Source of the DNA: Octopus sinensis
Taxonomy: Eukaryota
Direction of reading: 5' to 3'
Assembly: GCF_006345805.1 (NCBI RefSeq)
Contig: NC_043012.1
Coordinates: 23,064,001 to 23,128,000, forward strand
DNA length: 64,000 bases
In this document: positions 49,495 through 64,000 of the stretch, piece by piece
Position numbering within the stretch: the stretch's first letter is position 1
Layout of the letters: each line of letters begins with the position of its first letter
Translations under genes and position numbers: made by a program
The notes under the pieces: model-generated
What the model saw: only the letters and a program-made list of their open reading frames with translations
Told to the model about the DNA's origin: nothing
The model's database searches: none

Positions 49495-50728
49495 TGAGGG
49501 TCATCTGAAAAGACCACTGGCTAACCAAGATACTCATGGTATGTGATCAAATGAGGTTTATTTTTAACCATACTCCCCCTTGGGGTCCACACACTTCTTC
49601 CACTGGTGTTGCAGTGCTTGGATCCCATTGGTGAAGAAGCTGTCATCCTGTTAGTCAAAAACCTCATCAACAGCAGACATGATATCATCACTGGCTCCCA
49701 GCCAAGCATTTTCTCATGCTGAGGAACAGATGATAGTTAGATGGGGCCAAATCAGGAGAATAAAAGCTGCAGTAATGCACAGGAACTATTGAAATGAAGG
49801 ACTTGTGTACTGGAGTGTTGTCCTAATGAAACAAGACTCCTTTTGTCGGGTTTTTAGCTGTTTGGTCTTTTGACAGCCTCTTGTAACTGCCTCAGCAAGT
49901 TGGCACAGTACCCTACATTGATGGTGTGGACCTTCTGAAGATAGTCAATAAACACAATGCTTTTTGAATCCCAAAAACCTGAGGCCACCACCTTCCCTGC
50001 AGACGAAACAACCATGGCTTTCTTTGGAGCAGATGAGGAGGGGTGTTACCACTGCATGGATTGTCTCTTTGTCTCTGGCTCAGAGTGATGAAGCCAGCAC
50101 TCATCCTGGCTTAGGAAATATTCGAGGAAACTGGATGGATCTGCCTCTAACGATATCAGAATTTCTTGTGATATGACCAGCCTGGTGCAATTTTGATCAG
50201 GTGTAAAAAGATGTAGCACCCACCAAGCAGAAACCTTCATCATGCCAAGTTCATTGTGCAGAATATTCTCAACTTCCTCACAGGATGCACTGATAATATT
50301 GGCTGTTAGATTTATAATCAGTTGCCTGTCATCTATTGCCATGTGTTGAACATGGTCAATGGTTTCTTCAGTGGTGGCAGTCGCAGGATGTCCAGATTTT
50401 GGGTCATCTTGAAGACTCTCCCTTTCCTTCCTAAATTCAGCTGCCCGTTTTTGCACTGTTGATAAATCTGGAGCATCATGCCCTAATGTAACAACCATAT
50501 CAGCATGAATGTCCTTGGGGCCTAAACCGAGATAGTTGATAACAACTGGATGCCAAATTTTATCCATTTTCAAGAGAAGTCGCTACTAGTTACTTTGGAG
50601 GTCTCCTTTGAACAATCAGATGCCAGCTTACCTGGAAAGAAACAATGCAGTTAGTAGTAATAAGAAGGGCTGAAAGTAACGCAAGATTTTACAGCTCTAG
50701 CATCACTCCTTCATTTTCAGCCCTCCCT
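49495..50728 (-). pseudogene. Near full-length mariner (irritans/Himar-like, subfamily 2), decayed
   Basis: ORF 50046-50573 includes DDPKSGHPATATTEE, KVSAWWV and QDECWLHHSEPETKRQSMQW. Further downstream are remnants YSPDLAPS and FFTNGIQALQH. Degenerate GAGGG..CTGAAAA TIRs are flanked by TA. Confidence 0.92.
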
Positions 50729-53342
50729 TATTTGTGACAAGAGAAGTTTTTTTTTTTTTGTATACTCCAGAGACTAGATGTACTTCAAGAATGTTTTAAT
50801 GAATTTCCTTCGGGGTTTAGAAAGGAATACCTAGGCTGATGATATCAAACCTTAAAAATCTGTTTGGTTAACCCAATATATAATCTTCACTCAGATTTGT
50901 TATCTAGGTGCACTTTAGCACACAGTACAGTAATGATTTCAACAGACATTTACCATCAAGTTGGAAATTATTGCAGTTGGCACAGTTACAGGTAAGTGTA
51001 CATTCTAAATTAATTACATTCAGAGGTTGTTTAATGTTGCAATTTCTCATCTAAGTTTTACATCTACTGCAACAAACCATATTAAAAAAATTCTGTTAAA
51101 GCTTTTGTAGAATCTGTGGTTCACTGAAAGTGAAAAGAGATTAAATTAAGGAAGCGTTAAGCATTTTTATTTTCACATTGACATTATATGCAGGTTTATA
51201 CTATCTAATTTCTGATTACCTGTCGTTAGACTCTGCTATATCAGATAGATTCAAGCTGATATATTTTCTCTGAGAGTTCAGTATTCTGGCAAACAGCATA
51301 GTAATGAGAGAAACTGACAAGTATGGCTTCATTTGGAGATAATGGTGTTATAGAATAACAAATGTTAGGATTTAAATTACATGAAATACTTGGCGGGTAT
51401 CTGGAACTTTTATTTATCATTTATTTTTTTTACTTATTTCAGTCATTGGGCTGTGGCCATGCTGGAGCACTACATTGAAAGGTTTAAGTTGAGTGATTCA
51501 ACCCCAGTGTTATTCTTTTTTAGAGTCTGGTACTTTTTCTATCAGTCTCATTTTGCTGAACCACCAAGTTGCAGGGGTGGGGGACAAACACAAAGATATG
51601 CACACACACAAACACACACACACACACACACACACCACACACATACATGTGCACACACATGTAGTTTCCATCTACCAAATCTACTCACATGACTTTGGTC
51701 AGCCTGGGGCTATAGTTGAAGACACTCGCTCAAGGTTCCACACAGTACAACTGACCTCAAAACCAAATAGTTAGTAAGCAAACTTCTTATCACACAGTCA
51801 TGATTGTGCCTGTTGTGGATTATTATTATTATTATTTCTTTTTTTTTTTTCGGTTTTGCACATTCCAAATCTATCATCTTTGTGATTCCCAAATTCTTCA
51901 TTATTGAAGAAACAATTCTACCGTTTCAATCTTACCAAGATTGCAGTGTTCTCTACAAGATATATTTCAGGATCTTTCATTTATTAGACTGTGGCCATGC
52001 TGGGGCACTGCCTTGAAAAATTTTAGCTGAATGAATTGATCTCAGTACTTAATTTTTTAAAGCCTGATACATGTTATATCAATCTTATTTGTTGAACCAC
52101 TAAGTCATGGGAATGTGAACACACCAATACCAGTTGTCAAACAGTGGTGGTGGAGACAAACACAAACACAGATTTCTTTCAGTTTCTGACTACCAAATCC
52201 ACCCACAAGGCTTTGGTCAATGCCCAAGGTGTCACGCAGTAAGACTGAATTTAGAATCATGAGGCTGGAAAGCAAACTTCTCAAAACAGTCACATCTGAG
52301 TCTATATATTGTTCTAATCCAATGGTGCTATTCCATAATTATTAAGTTCCTTTATGCAACATTTTTAGACATTAATTGTCTTGTAATATTCAATATTTCA
52401 AACAATTGATTATATGAGAAGGTAGTTTTTAACAGGTAAACTCGTTAAACTATATTTACAGTTTGAAAATTCATCCCATCTCATTAGATTTCTATAAGTG
52501 TAAATGAGTGTTACTGTCATACGACTAATGTCATTCATTTCCAATATTCTGTGAGAACAAGTTTGGCCATTAGGAATATTACTTTACTTGGAAACAGGTG
52601 AGGGTTAGCAACAGAAAGAGCATCCAGCTATAGAAAATCCACCTCAGTAAACTTTGTCCCACCCATGTAAGTATGGAAAAGTGGATGATGATGATGATAA
52701 TAATGATGATGATGACGACAAAAATTATGATGTAAGTCCTTAAAACTCTAGAAATATTTTTCTATAATTTAAAAATTCAATTAGTTTAAGTGTCCTAAGA
52801 CAGGAAATGCTTTTAATCATTACTGGACTATATAACATCTCTGAAGTAAATAGAATCCATATACTACTGACAAAGCCTAAGGTGGCAGAAATGCACATCT
52901 AACATTCTCAATGCAGCTGATGGATGAGTCCAGACTGCTAGTGATATATTTGTCTTTTTAAACACTGTATGTCCACAAGATATTATCTCCAGATGAAGAC
53001 CACAGTAAATTTGCCCTTTTTGTGATGCACTTGCATTGAATATGATACACAAATGGCTATAATAGCCCTCATACACTTGGTGATTAAAGTAACAAATTGT
53101 TGCATGTTAGGACTTTTCAGAAGACCATATTAACTAGTATGAATTACAAGAGGAAGGGAATTTCTAAAAGACTTGCAGAACATCTTATTTTACAGATATA
53201 GACAAATGGCTGAATGAATATTTATAACTCTTAAGAAAATCAGAAATCAATGATATATGAGTGAAGTTTGATAGAATTCTTTCTACTAATCATTTTTAAA
53301 CACATGCATTGGATATTGTGCCTCAACCAGAAGCACTTATAA

Positions 53343-53391
<49 letters not shown>

Positions 53392-53700
53392 TTAGTTTGT
53401 CTCAGGTTCAGTCTTATTCCTGGTAGAGATTATGTGGATAGTGGGTTTACTATTTGTAACCTTAAGTATTCACAAGTTTTCAGCTATCTTTCAAGTGCTT
53501 AGGATCCTCCTGATAATCCTTGCAGCCCTTAAAAGACAAACTTTTTGTAGGTGCTCTACAGAGCATTCAATTCAAATCAACCTCAGCCATTTGTGTATAT
53601 CTTTGCTTATTTTCCCAATGCATCACTTATTATAGACATGACCTTTACTGTTCACAAGCTCTAGAGATTCTTCTTATCCATAATAATAATAATAATAATA

Positions 53701-53752
<52 letters not shown>

Positions 53753-53929
53753 TATATTTGACTTTTGCTTTACATTTGCACAAGCTGGCTCCAAGTCTCA
53801 CCCAGAGACCTCAAGAGACAACAAGTTGGAAGTTCGTGTTGGTGTTATGCCTAGGGTGCCATGTATTTGGTTTTGTACTTAGTGTTGTACTAGTGAATGC
53901 CTAAAAAAACCACATGAAAATTATGTTTG

Positions 53930-53962
<33 letters not shown>

Positions 53963-54519
53963 TTCCTAACTCATCATGTTCTTAGCTCAAATGCCATTGA
54001 TGTCAACTTTGCCTTTCGTTCTTTCGGAGTTGATGAAATAAGTACTGGATGAGCACTGGAATCGGTTTAATTGACAATCTCCCACCACCATAATTTCAGG
54101 CCATGTGCCTATAGTAGAAAGTATTTATTTTGGTGCAGTCCCTAGTGTTTGCAGCTCCTGCCAAACCATCCAACCAATGCCAGCATGGAAGACGAACATT
54201 AAATAACGATGATGATGACGACGACGATGATATTCTGTATTCTGTAATTGTTCAGATATGGCTAGTTCACCGATCTTTGTCCTATATTGCACATGTAGAG
54301 AAGATGGTGGTCAACAAAGCAAGGAGAGAGAGGAGTGTGAATGAAACCTTCAACATCTCATAAACAAACAATTAATGATTATAGAAGAGGATATTCAGAA
54401 TTAGAAAAATTGCTTAATGATTGCTGTCTCTGTCAAAACAACAACCGATGATGATAAATAAACAAACAGAACACCATCCATTTCATTGTGAGATTTTAGA
54501 TCAAAACCATGTGACACAA

Positions 54520-54601
54520 TATGCATGTATATATCGATATGTATATGTGTGTATGTAGTATATATATATATATATATATATTCATATATAAATATGTATA
54601 C

Positions 54602-54635
<34 letters not shown>

Positions 54636-54674
54636 CTATATATATATATATATATATTCATATATAAATATGTA

Positions 54675-54716
<42 letters not shown>

Positions 54717-54752
54717 TATATATATACATACATATATAAATATGTATACGTA

Positions 54753-54816
<64 letters not shown>

Positions 54817-54832
54817 TAAATATGTATACGTA

Positions 54833-54874
<42 letters not shown>

Positions 54875-54890
54875 ATACATATACATATGT
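54520..54890. repeat. (TA)n array with duplicated internal sub-units (CATATATAAATATGTATAC)
   Basis: Directly visible. Confidence 0.95.
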
Positions 54891-55766
54891 CCCATGGGCA
54901 GCTTTCAACTTTTCCTATCCAAAGGCTTTTTAACCCAGCATTTACATATTTACATGTTATTATTTATAGCTTAATCTACTTGGAATTCCACCATATTAAA
55001 AACAAATTATACACACAAACACACACACTCATGTGCACGCGCATAGACACACACACACACATATATAAGAAAACAAGAAAACAGAGACGTCTAGCCATAA
55101 ACCAACAATCTTTTCACTGTATTTGAGTTACTTATTCATCTCTAGCAGAGACCAAACAAATAGCTAGCTGACAAATGGTAAAAGAACAACGCTTCCTCTT
55201 CGCTGCTTTTCACTCAGTCTTTTGTACTTTGCTGGTTATGCCAGACTGACAAATCACATCTGAAAAGTCCGGGCTGCCTTGCAGACATAATTAACACAAG
55301 AGGTGGAGTTAACGAAAATGTAAAGAAGATCTGCTGTGAACAACATCAAAAGCTAAGTTGAATAAATGACATGTGTCAGAAACGTTATTTCATGTGACAG
55401 TGTGATATGAACAGTGAAGAGAGAGGTCCAAGCACTGTCTAGAATAAATTGGAGTGGACATAATTTGTTAGATGCCCAATATGAGTTTCAATGATGCAAT
55501 AGGATCTAATGTAATATAACTCAATAGTTGAGTGATATAGCATAATGAGATATCTTCTAATATAAGATAATGTGAGATTCTTTTAAAGACCGCCATATGG
55601 TGTTTAAGGCTGACTGTATGAGCAGTTCACCATAAAACTGCTGCTTCACATCCATTAAGCAGTTACAACAGAACAAGCCTTAAGAAAATTCTTAATCCCC
55701 TCAATATAAATTACTCTTTTTGCGAAAACATCCGTCAGCTACATAGATGTGTGTATGTCTATAATT

Positions 55767-55797
<31 letters not shown>

Positions 55798-56124
55798 GGA
55801 GAGAGAGAAAAAGAGTGAGTGAGAGAAAGAGTGAGTGGGCTAATAATAAAATAAAGAGAATGAATAATCAGAAACACAAGAATATAAACAAGATTACATT
55901 CGGTGCATGTTCTCTCTTTCTGTGTGTGAGTGTGTGTGTGTGTGCGTGTGTGCATATATGTATCTCTACATAGATATGAATATATACACATATATATGAT
56001 ATAAATACACACATATAGACATGTGTATGTGCATATGTGCGTGTACACATGTACATAAATATGCACATATATGGATACATATATCCATGTGTACATATTT
56101 ACACACGCACCTATGTACATGCAC

Positions 56125-56132
56125 CACCACCA

Positions 56133-56177
<45 letters not shown>

Positions 56178-56290
56178 ATTATATATATATATATATAATA
56201 TATTATATATATATATAGATATTATATATATATATATTATATATTATATATATATAATATATATATCTATATATATTATATATATTATAT

Positions 56291-56344
<54 letters not shown>

Positions 56345-56361
56345 ATATTATATAATATATA

Positions 56362-56399
<38 letters not shown>

Positions 56400-56420
56400 C
56401 CACATATATATACATATAGA
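56125..56420. repeat. (TA)n/(TAT) compound microsatellite
   Basis: Directly visible. Confidence 0.95.
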
Positions 56421-56984
56421 TACCAAAAATAACAACAACAAGCTTGATATAGCATCTAATGCTTGGTTGAAGAATTATCTAGTGATATATGACAAATCAT
56501 TTGAAATTTTACTATCAGAAAGAAAAAAAAAACCAAATACAAAAGGAAACAAAACAAAAAGACAAACAAACAAAAATGGAAAAAAAATAAACTTTTTTTA
56601 TGAAATTTTTAAAAAATGCTAACTCAAGCAAAATGTTAATGCCAGAATATCAAAGCTGCAATTTTTCCTCTCTGATATTCTGAATGGTAAATTATCCACT
56701 TTTTAAAATTCAGAAATCCTTCTTATCGTCTCTTCAGGAAAAATTTCCATACACCAGATAGAAATAATGTCACATTCTTATGCAAGTTTCTCATTCTGAT
56801 TGCTTTTTGATTACTTGTACATTTATAATGTATCTTGTAACAGACAAAGCCAACAGCTTGGCAGCTGCAGACCTTCTTCTCTGGATCCTATCCAGCTTCC
56901 TGGCAGAATGATGTCTATCAATTCAGTCAGATTCATTGAACATCCTCTGCAGAAGCCAGGGTTTAAAATAAAGGATGTAATTAA

Positions 56985-57026
<42 letters not shown>

Positions 57027-57079
57027 GCACACCCTCATACAGGCATATATATATAAAATCATATGTTAAAATTATGTAT

Positions 57080-57332
57080 GCATACATATATGTATTCTTA
57101 TATAAATATATATATATTTAATATATATTATATATATATAATGTATATACATATATATATATATAGATAATAAATGTATATATATATAAATTTGTATATA
57201 CAAATATATATATATATATACAACTATATACAAATATATTTATATACAATATATATATTAAATAGACATATATATATATATACATATATATATACATATA
57301 TATATTATATATATATATATATACATTATATA

Positions 57333-57366
<34 letters not shown>

Positions 57367-57635
57367 GTATATATAAATAAATAAATATGTGTATATATAT
57401 ATAATATAATATACAAATATATACATACACAAATATATTTATATATATATAAAATTAAATAATATATATAAATGTATATATAAATGTATATATAAATAAA
57501 AAAATATATGTATATAATATATATATATTAAATATATATATATTTCAATATAAATAATATGTATACAAACACATATACATTCATACACTATTATATATAT
57601 ATTTGTACATGTGTGTTTGTGTGTGTGTGTGTGTT
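57080..57635. repeat. Degenerate (TA)n array
   Basis: Directly visible. Confidence 0.95.
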
Positions 57636-57714
57636 TTCAATAAAATACATGAGAATCAAAGATGGAGTCCTGTAAACAAATCTCAATTTTATATTCTGAA
57701 TGTAGAACAGACAT

Positions 57715-58446
57715 ATTTCTGTTGAACAGAGTGAATGTATGCTCTTCTTTGCTGTCACATCTTACAAATGAACAATTTTTGGACCGGATAGTAACTGGTG
57801 ACAAGAAATGGGTTCTCTATAAAAATCTCAAGAAGACAGTGGGTAGGGAAAGGAAAAACACCAGCACCCCAGGCTAAAGAAGGTCTTCACCTACATAATG
57901 TGTTGTTATCTGTTTGGTGGGTATAAAAGGTTTAGTCCACTTTGAACTTTTAAACCTAAACCAAATGATAAAAAAGGAGATCTACAGCAAGCAGCTTAAG
58001 TGGCTTCAGTCAGCACTAGAAGAAAAATGACCGTCTTTGGTTTCAAAATGAAATGTGTTCTTCATCAGAATAATGTTCAGCTATATACAACAAGGATGAC
58101 ATTCCAAAGACTGGCGCAGTTTGAATGGGAAACGATGCTCCACCCACCATATTTGCTGGACATTGCTCCATCTAATTATCATTTATTCTGCAATCTTGAA
58201 AATCATTTGGACAGAAAAAAATACGAATTCTCTAGAAGAGGTCAGAACATTACTGGAGGAGTATTTTATATCATAGATGAGTGAATTTTGGAAGAGAAGC
58301 CTAGCAAGTCTACCAGACAGAGGGAAGAGCATTGCAGAAAATGAAGGAGTTCAGATTAAAAAAAACTTTGTTTATCTTAATTTCGAAAAATAAAAGTAAT
58401 AAAAATAAAATTTTAAAAAAACCACATTATTTAATGGGGTGACCCA

Positions 58447-58447
<1 letters not shown>
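57715..58447 (+). pseudogene. Mariner transposon, 3' half (subfamily 1), decayed
   Basis: FLDRIVTGDKKWVLY and WETMLHPPYLLDIAPSNYHLF. Right TIR TTATTTAATGGGGTGACCCAA followed by TA is complementary to the TIR at 26428. Confidence 0.9.
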
Positions 58448-58487
<40 letters not shown>

Positions 58488-58490
<3 letters not shown>

Positions 58491-59783
58491 AGTTGGTAAC
58501 TAAGTTCCCACCGTTTTTTAAAATCTTGGACTTTATTGCGTTTTTAAATTTTGGAATCTATTTTTTTCAAGAATTCTATTTTGAATCATTTTGGAATCTA
58601 TTTTGTATACTTTTCTAGTTAATATTAGTTAATTTTTTGTTTATTTTCAGATCATTAAAATGGAATGTCAAGTTAAGAAAAACGAGCATTTTCAACACCT
58701 CCATCTTTTTGCTTTTAATTAAGGTTCTAAGGTCACAAAAGCTGCTCACGACATTGTGCTGTGTACGGAGAGGGTGCCATAGCTGAAAGAACCGCTTGTG
58801 ATAGGTATGCCAAGTTCAAAAATGGAAATTTTGACCTCAAAGACGCACCTCATTCTGGCAGTCCAGTTGAGTTCGATGAAGGGCGATTAAACCAACTTTT
58901 GTACAAAAATTCTCGTCAAACGACAAGGAAACTGGCAGAGAAAATGGAATGCTCCCACACTGCTATAGAGAAGCATCTTCACTCGATGGGAAAGGTTCAG
59001 AAGTATGGAACATAGGTTCCGCATACTTTAAGTGACAGCTACAAAAATCAACGAGCCACAATCTCCGATGGTTTACTTGGTCATTAACACTTAACTCATG
59101 GACACAAGCAACGATTTCTTTACCAAATTGTTACTGGCGAAAAAAAAATGGTGCCTGTACATCAATATGAAGCAGCGTAAGGAACGGCTTAGCCCCGGTA
59201 AACAAGTGACACCGCACGTGAAACAAGATCTTCATCTGCGTAAAATGATGTTATGTGTATGGTGGGACTGGGAAAGAATTATCCATTACGAATTGCTTGA
59301 ATGGAACCAAACGGTCAACGTGGAACTCTATGTTCAACAGATGGAATGACTCAACATGGCTATTCAAGAGAAAAGACTCAATCGGCAGAGTGGGGTTTTT
59401 CTGCTGCATGACAGCACCCGCCCTCATATTGCCAATATGACCAAGGAAGCCATTCAAATGCATGGCTGGGAAGTGCTGCAACACCCATCATACTCTCCTG
59501 ATTTGGCACCAACGGATATCTGCCTCTTTCGATCTCTTTCACATGCCATGCGCAGAGTTTCATTCAATACTGATACAGAATTCAGATCTTGGTTGGATCA
59601 ATTTTTTGAGTCGAAATTGAGTGATTTCTACCAACAGGGTATTGAAAATCTTGTTGAACGTTGGGAAGAAGTTATAAACAACAAGGGTAAATACATTATT
59701 GATTAATTAGTAGTTATTTTTCATTAAACCTTTAAAAAAATTTAAATTAAAAAAAAACAGCAGGAACTTAGTTGCCAACCTAA
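58488..59783 (+). pseudogene. Full-length (1296 bp) mariner element, subfamily 3, DD34D transposase pseudogene
   Basis: TIRs TTGAGTTGGTAACTAAGTTCC and GGAACTTAGTTGCCAACCTAA. Coding region 58660-59706 has WVPH (W mutated to TAG), a TG-D-EKW region disrupted by an A-run, HDSTRPH and YSPDLAPTD with 34 residues between the two Ds. Several stops and frameshifts. Confidence 0.95.
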
Positions 59784-60159
59784 TGTGTGTATATATATAT
59801 ATATATATATATTAGAAAAAAAAACACCTTTTATCAATTCAACAATGAAAAAATTAAATTATGCCATATAGAAAAAAAATTACATCTTATAGAAAAAATT
59901 AAATATAAGATAAAAACATATACCAATGATTAAGTAATGTGCAAAATAAATAAATTTAACGTATATATTTGGTGAAATGACTACATATATTTCATGGCTA
60001 TATTTAAGAAATGATAAGAGTAAAATCAATTCAATATAAATATAGCCACTCTTCAGGTCAAAGATAAAAACAATAAAATAATTAAATAAATAAATATACG
60101 TATATAATCTTGTAAATACGAAATATCTTAACACACACACACATATATATATAATACAT

Positions 60160-60250
60160 AGAGAGAGAGAGAGAGAAAGAGAAATAGAGAGAGAGAGAGA
60201 AAGAGAAATAGAGAGAGAGAGAGAAAGAGAAATAGAGAGAGAGAGAGAGA
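60160..60250. repeat. (GA)n tract with a three-copy higher-order unit (ATAGAGAGAGAGAGAGAAAGAGAA-like)
   Basis: Directly visible. Confidence 0.9.
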
Positions 60251-61269
60251 TGGTGCATTGCTGTGCTCAAGAATAGACTTGTCCATCAAGAACAGAATTG
60301 TGCTCAATTAATAAGGTATTTCTCTCTCTTGCTATCTCTGTGTGTTTCTTTCTACATGCATGCCTCTGAGTGTGTGTGTCCAAATGGCTGCACTTGATCA
60401 TATCACTCTGAAGTGAATGTGTGTGTGTTAAGGGCTAAACCTCACTGAAATGCCTTACTATTGGAGTAAACTATGTCTTCAGTCTTCAGTTTGAAAGTTC
60501 ACCAAAACACAATTGAGATGAGAATATCTGGAATGCTGGTGTTAGACTTAAAAACAATACATTGGAATTTTTATCCGTTTTCTTTGATGCTGGGTCTGAA
60601 TACATCTGCTGATGTATGTCAAAGAAGTATTTCATCTAACAACAAGTGTGTGCATCCGTGTGTGTATGTGTATGTGTGTGTGTGTGTGTGACTGCTTATG
60701 TGTGTGTGTGTATATGTGTGCATGCGTATGTTCATGTGTGGTATCAAGAGAATCTAATCTGAACATAGGTTTCACATAACTTGACTCACTCAAAGCCACT
60801 GTAAGTGTTGTGTTAGTGTGTGATGTGTGCAGTGAGCATATGCACATGTGTGTGTGTGAGTGTGTGTGTGTGTGTGTATATGCCATAGGTTTACTTGTGT
60901 GAGCATGTGTTTTAGAACTTTATGAGAAAACAATGGAGCAATAAAGTTATAACACAAAATACTTTCAGAAAAGTTTAAAATGACAAATCTATTATTTGCT
61001 GGGTTTGTAAAGAAAGAAAGAAATTTATGAAAGCATTTCAAGCAAGACAGATCTTGGCATTAAGTGAATCTGCATATTTCAGTGAAAAACATACAGATTC
61101 TGTAGTCAGATGACACATCCTTGCCAACATTTCTCTGTTATAGCGCTCTTCCTTTGTCAGGACCCCTTACAAGTGTAATGCATAGCTTTGAACAAGTCTG
61201 TCGACAGACTGGCAACTGTACTTTGAAATTGCCAGAGTGATTTATAAAAAGACTGACATGAGTGTTTTA

Positions 61270-61310
61270 TATACATACATACAGATACATACATATATAT
61301 TTATATGTAC

Positions 61311-61362
<52 letters not shown>

Positions 61363-61526
61363 TATATATATATATACACATTATATATATATATACATAC
61401 ATATATATATATATATATAGATATATTATACACACATTTATATATATATATACACATTTATATATATATACACATTTATATATATATATACACACATTAT
61501 ATATATATATACACATTTATATATAT

Positions 61527-61574
<48 letters not shown>

Positions 61575-61584
61575 ATATATATAT

Positions 61585-61619
<35 letters not shown>

Positions 61620-61660
61620 CACCACACACCACATATATATATATATATATATATTTGCAC
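61270..61660. repeat. (TA)n/(CA)n compound array with recurring ACACATT(T)ATATATAT sub-units
   Basis: Directly visible. Confidence 0.95.
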
Positions 61661-61864
61661 CTGTGTATGCACATGTATGTGTGTGTGCGTGCACACGCGT
61701 TTGTATATGTACATTTCTAAATATATGGTAGTATATGTGATAAAAGCAAAAATAATTTTCTTAGCACTGCCAATCAACTAAGTTGGTTCCTCAGAGAGGT
61801 TATTCAATTTTACAGCATTTTAATAGTTTTCATATGTCTCTCCGTGTCTTACACACACACACAC

Positions 61865-61908
<44 letters not shown>

Positions 61909-63301
61909 AATTACTGGAATGACTTTTAGATATGTTTAACTTTCAACAATGGTTCCTTGCTTTCTCTAGTAAAATTACATACCATTGGGAACTGTTTCAC
62001 ATAAACCTGCAGACATGATGTGTTACCGAGTTGCTCTCTCACCAATGACTTAAACTTCATCAAAACAACCCTGAAACTGTTCAATGACTACGTTTTTCTT
62101 TCTTGAATTCAAATAAGGAATCCTAAACAAAACGGTGCCAAAGAACTTATCAGAGCAATACCTTTAGGACTTTGCTATTTCTCCAGTTCTCCACACCCCA
62201 ACATTTGTTGATTATTCTCTGTCTTCCACGTTTAAAATATTAAAAGAGAATTTTTTTCTTATTATCAATTCGTATAATTTTTATATATTTTCTGTTTTTT
62301 AAATTAGCATAAACTATTGTTTATGTATTTTCTGTCTAATGTATGAAAGATTTAATCTTATCATAAACTTTAAAAAAAAAAAAGTGAAAGTTTCTGAATA
62401 ACTTCAGATTGATGGAAGAAAATAGAATAGAGGTTAAGATATGGTGAAGGATAGAGGAAGAAATAAAATGGCAAAAGACAAGAGTGAACGGAATGGAAAG
62501 TTAATGGAAATGTAAATAAATAAAAAAACACAAATGACAAAGAAGCAAAGAAGAAGGGAAGAGAGAAAGAGAGAGTAAAGGAGAGAGAGAGTGCAGAGTA
62601 AGTTAAACAGAGTAGTAAGAAATGGAGAGACGAAGAGAAAGTGGGAGAAAGATAAAGAAAGAAAAGAAGGAGGTGATAATAGAAAAGGAGAGTAAGAGAG
62701 AATGATTAGGAAGAGAGGAGTACAAGAAGAGGGAAAGAAAATAGGGAGAGGTGACCACATGTACATCGCAGAACAAATGGGGAAGAATGTTTGGTTTGTT
62801 TTGTTGTCTTCAGTCATTATTTTCCATAGCTTTATCTAAAGAGTCATGAAAACTGCTGTTAAACAAAAGTAAAATGTGAAAGATATCATCTGGGGAAAAC
62901 TCGTTCCAGATCAGAAGTATTGAAGGTTAGAAAAGAAAGCTAGAAGAGAAACAGGCATCTTTATTCAAGTTAGGCAAGAATGCTTCCATGTAAAGAAAAC
63001 AGATAGCTGCCTTCTTCAGCGACAGTTTTAAGGACTTATGTGCATTGCTTTTTCATCCCATGGGCTGATATAGTAATTAAAGTTTGAAAAACATAAAGAA
63101 AAGCTTGCTGTTAACAACATTGTGCTTCGTTTTTCTGGTGGGGAAAGGATTGGAAAAGTTCAAGTGTGATGTAAGGAGAGGGAAAAGTTTCTTTCCCATG
63201 AATACAACAAAGAGACTTACGGTAAATCTCTAGTGGATTGGGTTGAGTATGAAATGAAGTGACGAAAGAAAAGATTTGAAGAAGGAATACAACCGAAATA
63301 A

Positions 63302-63339
<38 letters not shown>

Positions 63340-64000
63340 TAATAATAATAATAATCATTATTATTATTGAAAAGGTTGGCAAAAAGAATAATGTCGCCTG
63401 ATGAAAGTTATTTACCAGATTAAAACAGTCAAAGAAGGAACAGTCCAGAGATATTAACTGATGCAGAGCACAGCTATAAAATATAGCTGAAAGAGGTAAC
63501 CTGAGAAAACAACACGACAATAGTCAAAAGTGATTGTTAATGGAAGGGTTTTAAAGAAAGAGGCAAAACTGTTGAGTTGCAGATTGCAATTCTGTAACAT
63601 TAAATGGTCTTTGTGAAATAATGATAAGACAGTCTTAGATTGGAAATTCTGTACAAAAAAATGTTTCATGGTTTTATATATATATATATATATATATATA
63701 ATTATATAGAGGTTCGTAAAAAAAAAAATTTTTTTATGCATAGGACTAATAATATAGGCTTTTTGACTAAAATTTTTATATGCGTTAGACCACTGGAAAT
63801 GTAAATTTTGATTGAATGCTTTTAATTTTAATTAAATTCCATTTCCCTTGATATGATTAAATACTGTATAAATATATATATGTATATATATAATTATATA
63901 TATGTGTGTGTGTGTGTTGTAAATCTCAACCATTTTGCTTACAGATTTTTCTTTTGCATGCATGTATATGTATGCATGTGTGTGTGTATGACATATATCT

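Noticed and set aside
50046-50573. 175-aa ORF as a possible domesticated transposase gene
   Set aside because: It terminates prematurely, the downstream catalytic region has stops and deletions, and it sits within TIRs as an ordinary decayed element.
56800-57069. GC-richer segment with ORF; minus frame contains KLDRIQRR
   Set aside because: Possibly a CR1/L2-type remnant or chance. The match is too short to support either an exon or a LINE call.

Overview
AT-rich, repeat-dense animal genomic DNA. The SINE, MITE and microsatellite complement resembles what I recall from octopus (coleoid cephalopod) genomes; this is an inference, not a database match. I recognise no intact host protein-coding gene. 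Almost all entries in the ORF track are artefacts of (TA)n, (TG)n, (GA)n or trinucleotide repeats. The real coding remnants are four decayed mariner transposase segments from three subfamilies (one full length, 58488-59783, D34D spacing) and a short RTE-type LINE fragment. The rest is at least four SINE or SINE-like families, piggyBac-like, hAT-like and hairpin MITEs, and large compound microsatellites. The most notable locus is 9.25-10.43 kb. A 502-bp zero-spacer palindrome carries, in each arm, a near-canonical type I hammerhead-ribozyme fold. It lies beside two further small elements with decayed minimal hammerhead cores joined tail-to-tail, all embedded in (TA)n, and a sister copy of one of these lies at 37.8 kb. 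This points to Penelope-like or retrozyme-type elements. Several weak splice-site and Kozak-supported exon candidates in repeat-poor islands suggest the window may be intronic to a large gene, but none could be assigned to a protein.
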